A DNA stretch of 64,000 nt, from positions 2,873-66,872 of the forward strand of contig JAFSLR010000313.1 of assembly GCA_017448375.1 (NCBI GenBank). The letters are read 5' to 3'. The translations under genes and the position numbers were made by a program. This document shows, in pieces, positions 46,812 to 56,745 of this stretch. The first letter of the stretch is position 1; every line of letters starts with the position of its first letter. Under the pieces are notes generated by a model. That model made no database searches. It saw only the letters and a list, made by a program, of their open reading frames with translations, and was not told the DNA's origin. This stretch comes from Synergistaceae bacterium. Lineage in GTDB: Bacteria; Synergistota; Synergistia; Synergistales; Aminobacteriaceae.

Positions 46812-48650
46812 TTACAAAACCGAAGATGAAAAATTACCGACAAATTTACACGTTGCAGGAGTTTGGGACTGCTCTTTAGAAATTGTGATTACCAAATTAT
46901 TCGTGTTGAATATGCCCAGATAGATTATGTCTAAACACATTTTCACTACCATCCTTATTCCTATATTTTTTGTGGGGTCATCTTCATTTTGGGAAGTCAT
47001 CTTGTAATATTCCAGCGGATTAAAAGCTACACAATCATCACGAATACGCAAGATTATCTTGTCTTCTTTTACGAGAATACGCAAGTAAATATAATGCTCT
47101 TTACCATCATTAAAACCATGTTTTATGATGTTCATTCCAAATTCTTCAATGCAGAGCGATAACATAAAAGCGCTTCTTTTGTCGAGATTATTTTCGGCGC
47201 AAAACAGATGGGCAATTCTTGACATTCCCATAACTTCAAGTTCAGAATCCGCAACAAGTTCCAATTCTTTAGCTGTTTCAGTGTAAAAATTACTGTTCAG
47301 CAAGAGACGTTTTTTGAAATTCACGGGGACTTTCTGAATCACAATATAGCCCAAGCACATCAAAGCAAGAATTACACTACTGTAAAGGGTGGCACACCAT
47401 GGTCCTTTGGAAGTAAATCTCAACGTTGCATAGATTGTACTCAATGGAACAAGTACCTGAATCAAAAATACAAAAATATTCGCCGAAAAAACCCTTTTAA
47501 CGCCTTGAAGGTAATTAAGAAAGCCAAAAATCAAGACGTAAAACGGTAATGTAAAAGCCATATATCTGACAGCTTCAGCACCCATTGAGAGGATTTGCAA
47601 ATTTTCACGACCAAGATACAAACCAGCAAAAAATTCAGAGAACACTAGCAACAATACCGAAACAATCGCAGACAAAAATATTCCTGTCGACATTGAGGTT
47701 ATCTGAAGATCATCGAGCGATTTTTTGTCTTCTTCACCATAATATACGTTAGACATTGCCAAAATCATTTCAGCAGTACCGAGATATAAAGATCCAACAA
47801 GACTTTCAATTTGTTTTTGAACCCCGAAGACTGCAAGTGCTTTGCTGCCAGCATAAAAAATGATAGCGTGATTTATTATAATATTTGCAATAGATTTTGA
47901 CAATCGAGAAAAGGCAGGCATTGAACCACGAGTGAAGATTTCGAGGAACGTTTGAAGAAAGTTCAAAGCTTTGAAATTCAGATGCAAAATTCGTTTTTCT
48001 CTCCGAAAGTGAAGCATCAAAACTCCGAAATAAGCAACATAGCTTAAAGAAGTCGCGAGAGCAAGCCCGAACATCTTCATATCAGTGAAAAGTACAACAT
48101 AAAAATCTCCTGCAATGTTTACAAATGTCATCGCTATTATTGCGTAAACAATACAGGAATTGTCATTATCAATATTCATTAAGACTTGTACAACCTTTGC
48201 GCAGCTAAAAAACATAAGCCCTGGAGCGTAACCGCACAGGTAATCAGCGGCGTAATTTGCAGAGGCTGTACCTGGTTTTCCTCCCAAAATCCTCACGATC
48301 GAATCTGAAAATATCAGAATCGACAGCATAATCAGCAAAGATACAATCACGGCCAAAACATTTGAAAACGTAAAAACAGAATTTGCTTCGTCAACTTTGC
48401 CCTGACCCAATAATTCCGTGTACACGCTTTGAGAACCAACCGCAAAAATGATGCCAACGAGTGTTAATATCAATATTAAAGGAGAAATAAGACTTGTAGC
48501 TGCAACTGCATCAACTCCTAGAAAATTTCCCGTTACTATTCCATCAATTAAAGGCCCCAATCTGTAAGTCAAATCTGCAAGAATAAACACAAACAGGGAT
48601 CTGCGAAAAATTTCTCCTGTTAAACTTTTTTGTTGTATATTGATTTTCAA
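46812..48650 (-). CDS. MATE/MOP-superfamily transporter fused to a C-terminal SpoIIAB-like HATPase (anti-sigma kinase-like) domain
   Basis: About 440 aa with 12 predicted hydrophobic helices. C-terminal LSLCIEEFGMNIIKHGF..YIYLRILVKEDKIILRIRDDCVAFNP.. Confidence 0.7.
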   Translation of the reverse strand: MKINIQQKSLTGEIFRRSLFVFILADLTYRLGPLIDGIVTGNFLGVDAVAATSLISPLILILTLVGIIFAVGSQSVYTELLGQGKVDEANSVFTFSNVLAVIVSLLIMLSILIFSDSIVRILGGKPGTASANYAADYLCGYAPGLMFFSCAKVVQVLMNIDNDNSCIVYAIIAMTFVNIAGDFYVVLFTDMKMFGLALATSLSYVAYFGVLMLHFRREKRILHLNFKALNFLQTFLEIFTRGSMPAFSRLSKSIANIIINHAIIFYAGSKALAVFGVQKQIESLVGSLYLGTAEMILAMSNVYYGEEDKKSLDDLQITSMSTGIFLSAIVSVLLLVFSEFFAGLYLGRENLQILSMGAEAVRYMAFTLPFYVLIFGFLNYLQGVKRVFSANIFVFLIQVLVPLSTIYATLRFTSKGPWCATLYSSVILALMCLGYIVIQKVPVNFKKRLLLNSNFYTETAKELELVADSELEVMGMSRIAHLFCAENNLDKRSAFMLSLCIEEFGMNIIKHGFNDGKEHYIYLRILVKEDKIILRIRDDCVAFNPLEYYKMTSQNEDDPTKNIGIRMVVKMCLDIIYLGIFNTNNLVITISKEQSQTPATCKFVGNFSSSVL

Positions 48651-48689
48651 CTCTGAAAATTTCCTTTCATCGTAATTATCTCTATCCCT

Positions 48690-50100
48690 GTGAACCTTCT
48701 TCGACTAAAGTCGAAGGCTTCGAAAGGATAAAAATCCTCGTCCAAGAAGTTTGGTCATGCAACCCTTATTCTTGCAGACGTGTCCACTTCGCCCCTACTG
48801 TATAGCCCTGTTAAGGACACAACATTACTTTTTCTCATTATATTTAACGCTCCGTTTACATCGGCGTTGAACTTGTGGCCTTTTGATGTTTTGTACAATC
48901 CTCTGTGTACTCTGCACCCTGAAAATTTATTCTTCACTTCACTGTCCGCATTGTACACGGGGATTTCATCTTTGTCCCAAAAACTCGCCTTCGATGCGTA
49001 ACTCTCTTCCTGTTCAAAATATTTTATTCCGTAAAAAACACACAAGCACTCAAGTTTTTTTCGGAATTTTCCAAAGGGAATGTTGACGAAATTCTGATTG
49101 TTCACTCTTCCCATTCTACTTCCCTTTTGAAAGTCCAAGTTGTAACCGCACACCAAAATTCCGATCTTCTCTTCCAAACAGAATTTTATTATCAGTCGGG
49201 CCGCCTTGTTCAAATAATCGTTCACACGGTTACTTTTTTTTTTCGACAGTTGTTTTTGGCGATTCGTGATCTTCCGGCTATTTTTTTGTTTGTCATTCAG
49301 CCCCCGTAGACGAGCTGTTTCTTTGTTGTACCACTGGTTTATGGCTTTCAATTTTCTGCCGCAGATTATGAATGACTTTCCTGAGGTGGATACACCGTTG
49401 CAAGATTGTTCACACCAAAATCTATTCCCAGTGCTTCGTTCGTGTTTAATTCCCTTTGATTTTCTTCCACTTCATATGTGTATTGAATTTCAAAGTACCT
49501 GGCTTCTGATTTCGGCTTGATTCTTATCTCTTTTATTTTCTTTCCTTCCAGAATCTGCGGAATTGTTATGGTTATCGTTTTATGTTCTTTCTTGAAGCTG
49601 TTGGAGTACGGAATTGTCAAACGATTCCCATTCAATCTTACGAAAAGAGTTGTGAAACCTTTTTTAGAAAGATATTTCGGCAGTTTTACACTGCTTAACG
49701 GATAATTATTTCTCTTTGCCTTTTCTAACAACGCAAAAAATGACTGAAACTCTCCGTCAACTTCCTTCAGGATTTGCTGCGCCATATTTGAATTTAATTT
49801 TCTGTAATTCGGACTACTCTTAAGTAATCTGTTATTTTCTTTGTAGCTCAAATATTTTTTCTCGCTAAAGTAATGTTGACGTACGTTGTAAATTGCCTCA
49901 TTAGTTAAATTTTTTGCTATGTGGGACAAGCTTTTAATTATGCGGTATTCTTCCTTTGAGATTTGCTTCACTTGTTGTTTTACTGTCAAATACATTTTTC
50001 TCACCTCCTTTGAGGAAAAATTAGCAGATTTTTTCAAAAAGTCAATTATACGGCGGCGTTTCATCTCACGACTAAAGTTGCGAGTGGTTCAAGCCGCTTC
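48690..50100 (-). mobile_element. IS200/IS605-family TnpB-only element (decayed)
   Basis: tnpB is flanked by similar subterminal hairpins with a GAC-TAAA-GT apex: cttcgac taaa gtcgaag (48698-48715) and ctcacgac taaa gttgcgag (50065-50084). Confidence 0.6.
48755..50064 (-). pseudogene. tnpB: TnpB (IS605 OrfB-type RNA-guided nuclease), split by a frame change near 49385-49395
   Basis: ORFs 49366..50064 (..GIDFGVNNLATV then YPPQESHS stop) and 48755..49351. The second frame read upstream gives STSGKSFIICGRKLKAINQWYNK, so one base appears missing after ..LATV. RuvC motifs GIDFG, EQEESYASK, NADVNGALNI. Confidence 0.8.
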
Positions 50101-50311
50101 CCATAAATACGTTGTATTATAACACGTTTTATATCTTATGAAGACAGGTTCTAAGTAATATCACTCCTTTTTTGTTATTATGTCATAATTCGCAAGAAGA
50201 CTCTCGTCTCTGTAGGTTGGAGATGAATTGTGCAAGTTGAGTTATGAGAATAACGTGTAAGAAATTCATGCTCCTGCAAGTGCTTCATGAATTGTCCGCC
50301 GCTAAAATATT

Positions 50312-50349
50312 TTGACAAATTTGACAAAAATATTTAATATCGCTATTAT
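50312..50349 (+). promoter_or_regulatory. Two overlapping near-consensus sigma70-type promoters upstream of the KAS III cluster
   Basis: TTGACA (50312-50317)-N17-TAATAT (50335-50340) and TTGACA (50321-50326)-N17-TATTAT (50344-50349), about 25-35 nt before the first start codon. Confidence 0.5.
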
Positions 50350-50370
50350 TAAAAAAATTAGATTTAATTT

Positions 50371-51453
50371 GTGGGATTTAACATGGAGAAGTTTTTTGCA
50401 ACAACATCAATTAGAGCAATTGCTACAGCTTTACCCCAAGAGAAGTTGGACTTGCTGTCTTTGTCTTCGATATACGGAGAAGAGATTGTAAGAAAAATTA
50501 TTAAGAACACGGGGATCAGCGAGATAAGATTTTGCCCCCCTCTTCCAGAAAATAACCAGAAAACTTCAGCAGATTATTGTATGGAATCAGCCAAGAGAAT
50601 CTTTAGTGAAGGTAAAATAACGCCGGACGATATTGACGCTATAATATTTGTTACTGAATTTCCTGATCACATCGTTCCTCATACTTCTGCAATTATTCAG
50701 GCAAAATTAGGACTTCCGAATAGAGTCATAGCATTTGATATAAATTATGGTTGCGCAGGTTATGTTTACGGAATTTTTCAGGCCTCGCTGTTAATTGAGT
50801 CTGGTTATTGTGAAAATGTCCTACTGTGTGTCGGAGATACCCCTACAAAGGCTATAAGCCCGCAAGATAAATCATTGCGAATGGTATTCGGTGATGCTGG
50901 AAGTGCAACTATATTATCAAGATGTGAAAATGTGCGCAGAACTGCTTTTAGTTTCTATACTGACGGCGGGAAGGCAAATAATTTGATAATTCCTGCCGGA
51001 GCTTTCAGAATGCCTCATCAAGAAGGCGTAACGGATATTTTAACGTTCGATAAAAACGGGAACGGTAGAACTCTTGAAAATATTTTTATGGACGGCATGC
51101 AGATAATGGAGTTTGTTTTGAAGCACGTGAAAAATGTCGTCCACAATACTTTGGAGATGTTAAATCTGCCTATTGATGCGATAGACCTTTTTGCGTTTCA
51201 TCAGGCAAATATTTTGATTTTGAATTACTTGGCACAACGTCTGAAGATACCTCACCAGAAAGTCCCGTTTGGAGCGGCTAAAACAGGTAACACGACCTGC
51301 GCTTCAATTCCCCTAATGCTTTCAACTCTTTATCCCGGTATAAATCCATTGCTGGAAAAAGTTTTAATCTGCGGATTTGGAACTGGGTTATCTTGCGCTT
51401 CAGGTGTTATTGACCTGAGCAGGACAGAAATTTTTGAGCCGGTTCAAATTTAA
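50371..51453 (+). CDS. KAS III (FabH-like) 3-oxoacyl-ACP synthase / acyltransferase, copy 1
   Basis: FDINYGCAGYVYG (active-site Cys), AFHQANILI and GNTTCASIPL. Start may be ATG 50383. Confidence 0.8.
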   Translation: MGFNMEKFFATTSIRAIATALPQEKLDLLSLSSIYGEEIVRKIIKNTGISEIRFCPPLPENNQKTSADYCMESAKRIFSEGKITPDDIDAIIFVTEFPDHIVPHTSAIIQAKLGLPNRVIAFDINYGCAGYVYGIFQASLLIESGYCENVLLCVGDTPTKAISPQDKSLRMVFGDAGSATILSRCENVRRTAFSFYTDGGKANNLIIPAGAFRMPHQEGVTDILTFDKNGNGRTLENIFMDGMQIMEFVLKHVKNVVHNTLEMLNLPIDAIDLFAFHQANILILNYLAQRLKIPHQKVPFGAAKTGNTTCASIPLMLSTLYPGINPLLEKVLICGFGTGLSCASGVIDLSRTEIFEPVQI

Positions 51454-51469
51454 GGAGGGATTTTTCAAA

Positions 51470-52402
51470 ATGATTGGGATTGAGAATATCGGTGTTTATA
51501 TTCCGAAGGACTGCAGGGACAATTTCTCGAAGATTTATGACGGTGAGCCTTTGAACGCTGATTTTGTGAAAGAAAGAGTCGGTTTTCTTGCCACTGCCAG
51601 AAAAGAGCCTGATGAAGAAACGTCCGACATGTGCAAAAGAGCATTTTTGGATCTGAAAGGCCGTGTCGAAAATTTATCTGAAGAAAACATAGAATGTATT
51701 TGTGTATGTTCTCATAACGGAGATTTTCAGCTGCCTCATACTTCTGCGATTTTGCAGGACAAATTAGCCCTTAGAGGAAGCTGTGCGGCTTTTGACATAA
51801 TGCTTGCTTGTTCGGGATATGTTTACAGCGTGAATATTCTGCGGAGTTTTATGGAAATGAATAATTTTTCGACAGGGATTCTTTTCACATGCGATCCTTA
51901 CTCAAAAGTATTGAACCCTAACGACAAGAGTACCGACTTGGTTTTAGGAGACGCAGCGGCAGCCACTCTCCTCAGCACAAACGGCATATTTAGTCTTGGG
52001 AAAAGCACTTTTTGCACAAAAGGCAGCGGATATTCTGCCATAATCAAAAGAAAAGATTCCTATCTCGCTATGGATAACCGCAGAGTATTGCGTTTTGTCC
52101 TGAGGGAAGTTGCACCAATAATTCGGGAATGCCTGGAGAAAAATCACATTACAGAAAAAGACATTGATCTATGCCTCTTTCATCAGGCAAGCAAATATAT
52201 TGTTGAACAGTTAGGGGAAAAACTTAGCATTTCACCTGAGAAAGTTCCGTTTGAAGCGCAGAATTATGGGAACACTATTTCGTCTTCAATACCGATTTTG
52301 CTTCAGAAGTATCTGGGCGATGAAAGCGTGAAAACCGTTTTAATGAGCAGCTTCGGTGCGGGAATGTCAGCGGCGGCAACTATAATGGAGAGAAAATCAT
52401 GA
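51470..52402 (+). CDS. KAS III (FabH-like), copy 2
   Basis: ORF track 51434..52402. AGGAGGG precedes MIGIENIGVYIP. FDIMLACSGYVYS, LFHQASKYI, GNTISSSIP. Confidence 0.8.
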   Translation: MIGIENIGVYIPKDCRDNFSKIYDGEPLNADFVKERVGFLATARKEPDEETSDMCKRAFLDLKGRVENLSEENIECICVCSHNGDFQLPHTSAILQDKLALRGSCAAFDIMLACSGYVYSVNILRSFMEMNNFSTGILFTCDPYSKVLNPNDKSTDLVLGDAAAATLLSTNGIFSLGKSTFCTKGSGYSAIIKRKDSYLAMDNRRVLRFVLREVAPIIRECLEKNHITEKDIDLCLFHQASKYIVEQLGEKLSISPEKVPFEAQNYGNTISSSIPILLQKYLGDESVKTVLMSSFGAGMSAAATIMERKS

Positions 52403-52656
52403 AAGCTGTAACCTCAAAGGATATTATAGGACTGGCTGAAAAGCTCAATTCGGACTCAAAAGTTGATTTTGAAAACTTTGACCCTGGCAAAAAGATTTTG
52501 GAGCAGGGATTAGATTCCCTTGATCTTTCAAGGTTATTGTTTGAAATCGAAGAAAAATTCCAGATTACCTTTCCCGACGATGAGTTTTCTGTAGCGGAAT
52601 GGGATACAATCAACAAGATTGTTGAAAAGGTCAACGCGCTAAGGCAAACATCATGA
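52399..52656 (+). CDS. Acyl carrier protein
   Basis: 85 aa with the GLDSLDLSRLLFEIEEKF phosphopantetheine-attachment motif. ATGA overlap with the upstream gene. Confidence 0.8.
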   Translation: MKAVTSKDIIGLAEKLNSDSKVDFENFDPGKKILEQGLDSLDLSRLLFEIEEKFQITFPDDEFSVAEWDTINKIVEKVNALRQTS

Positions 52657-53297
52657 AAAGTTTAATCATTATTGGTGTTGGCGGATTTGCCCGTGAGGTT
52701 TACTGGCACGCCCAGCAGACTGGGGAATTTAATTCGGAATGGAAAATCAAAGGTTTTCTTGACGGCGATATTAAACTTTCCGAAGAAGACTACAGCAAAC
52801 TCCCTGAGGAAGTTCCGCTGCTCGGTGATATTGACAGTTATCAGATATGTGATGATGATGTATTCACGTGCGCTGTCGGTATGCCTGAAGTCAGAATAAG
52901 ATTAATCGGGAAAATGTTAAGCAGGGGAGCAGATTTTGTCAGCATCATAAACCACCGTTCGATTGTTTTTCCAACAGCTGAAATTGGCCGCGGCGTGATT
53001 ATCGGACTGGACAACGGAATAGGAGATCATGTCAAAGTCGGTGATTTTTCCGTGATAAACAATGCAACTTATCTCGGCCATGATGTTACTGTAGGGAAAT
53101 ATTCCTGCATAATGTCTCATGTTGATATAGGCGGCTATGCTCAAATCGGCGACAATGTTTTTATCGGCAGCCATGTTTCAATTATTCCCAAGTCAAAAAT
53201 TGGCGATAACGCATACATAGGCACAGGCAGCGTGGTACTGAAAAAAGTGAAAGCAGGCGCGAAAGTTTTCGGCAATCCTGCAATTGACATCAAGTGA
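52653..53297 (+). CDS. NeuD/PglD-family hexapeptide-repeat sugar N/O-acyltransferase
   Basis: LIIIGVGGFAREVYWHA N-domain followed by left-handed beta-helix hexapeptide repeats (IGDNVFIGSHVSI..IGDNAYIGTGSVV). Confidence 0.75.
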   Translation: MKSLIIIGVGGFAREVYWHAQQTGEFNSEWKIKGFLDGDIKLSEEDYSKLPEEVPLLGDIDSYQICDDDVFTCAVGMPEVRIRLIGKMLSRGADFVSIINHRSIVFPTAEIGRGVIIGLDNGIGDHVKVGDFSVINNATYLGHDVTVGKYSCIMSHVDIGGYAQIGDNVFIGSHVSIIPKSKIGDNAYIGTGSVVLKKVKAGAKVFGNPAIDIK

Positions 53298-53536
53298 AGG
53301 CGGTAATAACTTTGAAGAAGGAAGAATTTATCAAAACTCTCAAAGAATTGATGGATACGGACGAAGAGCTTACCTTGAACACGGAATTAAAAGAAATTTT
53401 AGAATGGGATTCTGTAAGCATGGTAGCTTTCTTTTCGTTCTGCGGCCAGAGATTAGAGGAGAGTGAATTACTTATGCAGAAAATTGAAAACGCTGCAACA
53501 GTAGGAGATCTGTATAACATCATAGGTGCAGAATAA
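53294..53536 (+). CDS. Acyl carrier protein-like, second copy
   Basis: 80 aa with LKEILEWDSVSMVAFFSF (DS motif). Overlaps both neighbours. Confidence 0.6.
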   Translation: MKAVITLKKEEFIKTLKELMDTDEELTLNTELKEILEWDSVSMVAFFSFCGQRLEESELLMQKIENAATVGDLYNIIGAE

Positions 53537-54585
53537 TGCTTACTGTAGTTGAAAACGCAAAAATAGAAAGCCTTTGCGCTGTCGTGTCCAGCAAAAATAT
53601 TACGGTTGAAAAGCGTCTGGAAAATCTCATAGACAGCAAGAAAATTTCCCGTCTGAAAAAAATTACAGGATTTGACAGCTTCAGTGTTGCTGAAGAGGAA
53701 ATTTGCGCGTCAGACTTTTGTGTGAGAGCCGCAGAAATACTTTTTGACTCGGAGCAGGTTCGCCGCGATGAAATTCGTGCTTTAATTTTCGTGACTCAGA
53801 CTGCTGATTACTTTATGCCTTCAACAGCTTGCACTCTGCAAAAACGTCTGAATTTGCCTAATGATATTGCAGCATTCGACCTTTCGTTGGGCTGTTCAGG
53901 CTTTGTCTACGGCCTTTATGTTGCTTCGTCAATGCTTCAGAACCTGACTGACGGAAAAATTTTGCTCCTCTGCGGTGACACCTCAACACGAAATATTTGT
54001 CATGATGATACTTCTTGCCTTTCAATTTTCGGAGATGCGGGAGCAGCGGCAGTAATATCAAAAAGCGCAGGCAAAAAAATATTTTTCAATTTGCAAACGT
54101 TCGGTGAACTTTCAGAGACGATTATAATCAGGAGAGGAGCTTACCGAAATCAGCATCTTGTGGAAAATAATTCGCTCGATGTCCGGGAAAATTTTGTATT
54201 CATGAACGGCTTGGAAGTAGTTAATTTTTCCTCAAAATATGTGCCTCAAAATATTGCGGACTTAATTCATTTTGCAAAGGCTGATATTTCAGAGATTGGA
54301 GCATTTCTGCTTCATCAGGCGAATAAATCAATTGTAGAAAGCATTGCCGCAAAACTACAAATACCGTCTGCAAAAGTTCCCTTTAGAGCGTCAAATATCG
54401 GTAACACAAGTTCAGCGTCAATTCCTTTGATACTGTCAGAAATGAAGCGGCTTAATGAGCAGACAAATTTTTTGTCCCTCATCAGCGGCTTTGGCGTAGG
54501 AATGTCAATCGCTTCGGCGGTCATTGATTTCTCAGACTTATTGTGTCTGCCTACTGAAAAATTAGTAGGAGGTAAAAATTCATGA
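53536..54585 (+). CDS. KAS III (FabH-like), copy 3
   Basis: FDLSLGCSGFVYG, LLHQANKSI, GNTSSASIPL. Confidence 0.8.
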   Translation: MLTVVENAKIESLCAVVSSKNITVEKRLENLIDSKKISRLKKITGFDSFSVAEEEICASDFCVRAAEILFDSEQVRRDEIRALIFVTQTADYFMPSTACTLQKRLNLPNDIAAFDLSLGCSGFVYGLYVASSMLQNLTDGKILLLCGDTSTRNICHDDTSCLSIFGDAGAAAVISKSAGKKIFFNLQTFGELSETIIIRRGAYRNQHLVENNSLDVRENFVFMNGLEVVNFSSKYVPQNIADLIHFAKADISEIGAFLLHQANKSIVESIAAKLQIPSAKVPFRASNIGNTSSASIPLILSEMKRLNEQTNFLSLISGFGVGMSIASAVIDFSDLLCLPTEKLVGGKNS

Positions 54586-55439
54586 AGTGTTTTGTATGCA
54601 ACGGAGAAATGAAACCGTATTTCGTGAAGAAAATCGGAGTGAAATATCTCCCTGGCCTTGATACCTTTGAGTATGTACGCTGTGAGCACTGCGGATTAAC
54701 GGTTTCAAAAACTCTCTACGAAATGTCCCACGAAGAATGGAGCGAATTTAGCTATAACGCCCATAAAGATTATTTCAACGGTGTACTGAAGTATGAGGTG
54801 CTCGATCCCAAATGGCTGAGGCGTATTGGGCGTATTGATTTTCAGGCAGGTCTTTTCGCTGAACTTCTGAGCCTAGGAGTGTTTCAATACGGCTGGAATA
54901 CAATGGATTACGGAGCGGGAGACGGCAAGCTCGCCAATGAAATTAATGACAGAACTGGCGTGCCATGGCTGAAAAAGTTTGACGAATACATGGAACCTTC
55001 AGGCGAATATTATTTAACGCCTGAAGAAGTCAGAGAGGGAAATTTTGATTTCATTGTGTCATCTTCAGTTTTTGAGCATTTGCTGGGCAACAGAGGAGAA
55101 GTCGAAAAAATTATGGGACTTCTGAAGCCTGACGGGATTATGGGTCTGCATACTTTGATTTGCGAGGAAGTTCCGCAGGACCCGGAATGGTACTATCTTC
55201 TGCCGGTGCCTGTTCATTGTACGCTCTGGACAAATAAAGCCATGCAGATAGTTTATCAGAAAAACGGATTTATCGGTTGCAGTTACAACGTGGAGGCTCA
55301 GATGTGGCTTTTCTTCAGGAATTTTGAAGCCTGGAAAAAGTTAAATGAGGTCAAGCATCAATTGCATGGGACGTGGATTTTCAGCGAAGATTTCGTTGAT
55401 TACTGGAAATGCAAACCATATAGAACAAAGAATGCCTGA
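54582..55439 (+). CDS. Class I SAM-dependent methyltransferase with N-terminal zinc ribbon
   Basis: MKCFVCNG..CEHCG and MDYGAGDGKLA (motif I). Confidence 0.7.
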   Translation: MKCFVCNGEMKPYFVKKIGVKYLPGLDTFEYVRCEHCGLTVSKTLYEMSHEEWSEFSYNAHKDYFNGVLKYEVLDPKWLRRIGRIDFQAGLFAELLSLGVFQYGWNTMDYGAGDGKLANEINDRTGVPWLKKFDEYMEPSGEYYLTPEEVREGNFDFIVSSSVFEHLLGNRGEVEKIMGLLKPDGIMGLHTLICEEVPQDPEWYYLLPVPVHCTLWTNKAMQIVYQKNGFIGCSYNVEAQMWLFFRNFEAWKKLNEVKHQLHGTWIFSEDFVDYWKCKPYRTKNA

Positions 55440-56559
55440 AGCAATATATGTAACAAGTCCTTCAATGCCTCCGTTCAGTGAATATTCGGATTTAATTAAA
55501 GAAATCTGGACTAATCACTGGCTTACAAACATGGGGAAATTTCATCAGGAATTTCAACTAAAACTGCAAGAGTATTTGAGTGTTGATAACGTTGATTTAT
55601 TTACTAACGGGCATATGGCGTTAGAATTATCACTACAGGCTTTATTAGAAAACGTTGAAAAGGGCGCGGAAATCATCACAACGCCTTTTACTTTTATTTC
55701 AACGACACATGCAATAATCAGGGCTGGGTTTAAGCCGATTTTTTGCGACATAAATCTTGATGATTTTACGATAGATGCTTCAAAAATTGAGCCACTTATA
55801 AATGAACAAACTTGCGCGATTGTCCCTGTTCATGTTTATGGCAATGTCTGTAATGTAGAGGAGATAGAACGCATAGCAAAAAAACATGGTCTGAAAGTAA
55901 TATACGATGCTGCGCATGCTTTTGGAGTCCGCTATAAAGGCAAAAGCGTTGCCCATTTCGGGGATATTTCGATTTTCAGTTTTCATGCAACAAAAGTTTT
56001 TAACAGCATTGAAGGCGGAGCAGCCTGCATCAAGGACAAAGACGTTGCGGAAAAAATTTATCATCTCAAGAATTTTGGAATTACAAGTCCTGAGAGAGTT
56101 GAATACATAGGCACTAATGCAAAAATGAATGAGTTTTGTGCTGCTATGGGAATTTGCAACTTGAAATATTTAGAGGAAAATATTGCAAAGAGAAGAAGAA
56201 TTTATGAAAAATATATTGAATGTTTGTCTGATGTTCAGAGAATAGAGATACATTCCATTCAAGATAATACTGAAGCGAATTACTCATATTTCCCTTTATT
56301 ATTCACTGATGAAGCGTGCCGAGACAGAGTATTTCGATGTTTAGCAGAGCATAGCATTTACGCGAGGAAGTATTTTTATCCGCTGACAAGTTCTTTTGAA
56401 TGCTTTAGTTTTGATGAGAACGAGACACCGATTGCATTAGATGTTAGCGGGCGAATTTTAACGTTGCCGATTTATTCAAGGCTCTCATTGGCTGAAACTG
56501 AAAGAATTTGTGAGATTATGCGCAGCTGTCTCGGTTACGAAAAGGCAGGTTCAAGTTGA
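55432..56559 (+). CDS. DegT/DnrJ/EryC1/StrS-family PLP-dependent sugar aminotransferase
   Basis: ORF track 55345..56559. ATG 55432 overlaps the upstream stop. TPFTFISTTHAI, DAAHAFG, SFHATKVF (PLP Lys). Confidence 0.85.
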   Translation: MPEAIYVTSPSMPPFSEYSDLIKEIWTNHWLTNMGKFHQEFQLKLQEYLSVDNVDLFTNGHMALELSLQALLENVEKGAEIITTPFTFISTTHAIIRAGFKPIFCDINLDDFTIDASKIEPLINEQTCAIVPVHVYGNVCNVEEIERIAKKHGLKVIYDAAHAFGVRYKGKSVAHFGDISIFSFHATKVFNSIEGGAACIKDKDVAEKIYHLKNFGITSPERVEYIGTNAKMNEFCAAMGICNLKYLEENIAKRRRIYEKYIECLSDVQRIEIHSIQDNTEANYSYFPLLFTDEACRDRVFRCLAEHSIYARKYFYPLTSSFECFSFDENETPIALDVSGRILTLPIYSRLSLAETERICEIMRSCLGYEKAGSS

Positions 56560-56745
56560 ATAAACGCTTATAAAAGTACTTCATCTCGTCTGATTAAGAA
56601 AAATTTTCCTATCGTTCGCAGTAAACTTTGGAAGGAAATGTTTTGGTCAAGAAGTTTTTGCCTGATTACTACTGGTGGCGCTCCTATAGAAGTTATAAAG
56701 AAATACATACATTCGCAGGGTAATAGAAATGAACAGGGCATATAA
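56560..56745 (+). pseudogene. tnpA: TnpA (IS200-type Y1 transposase) C-terminal remnant
   Basis: My translation: ..KKNFPIVRSKLWKEMFWSRSFCLITTGGAPIEVIKKYIHSQGNRNEQGI stop (56743-56745). This matches the conserved C-terminus of Y1 transposases. The HUH and Tyr regions are absent. Confidence 0.6.
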
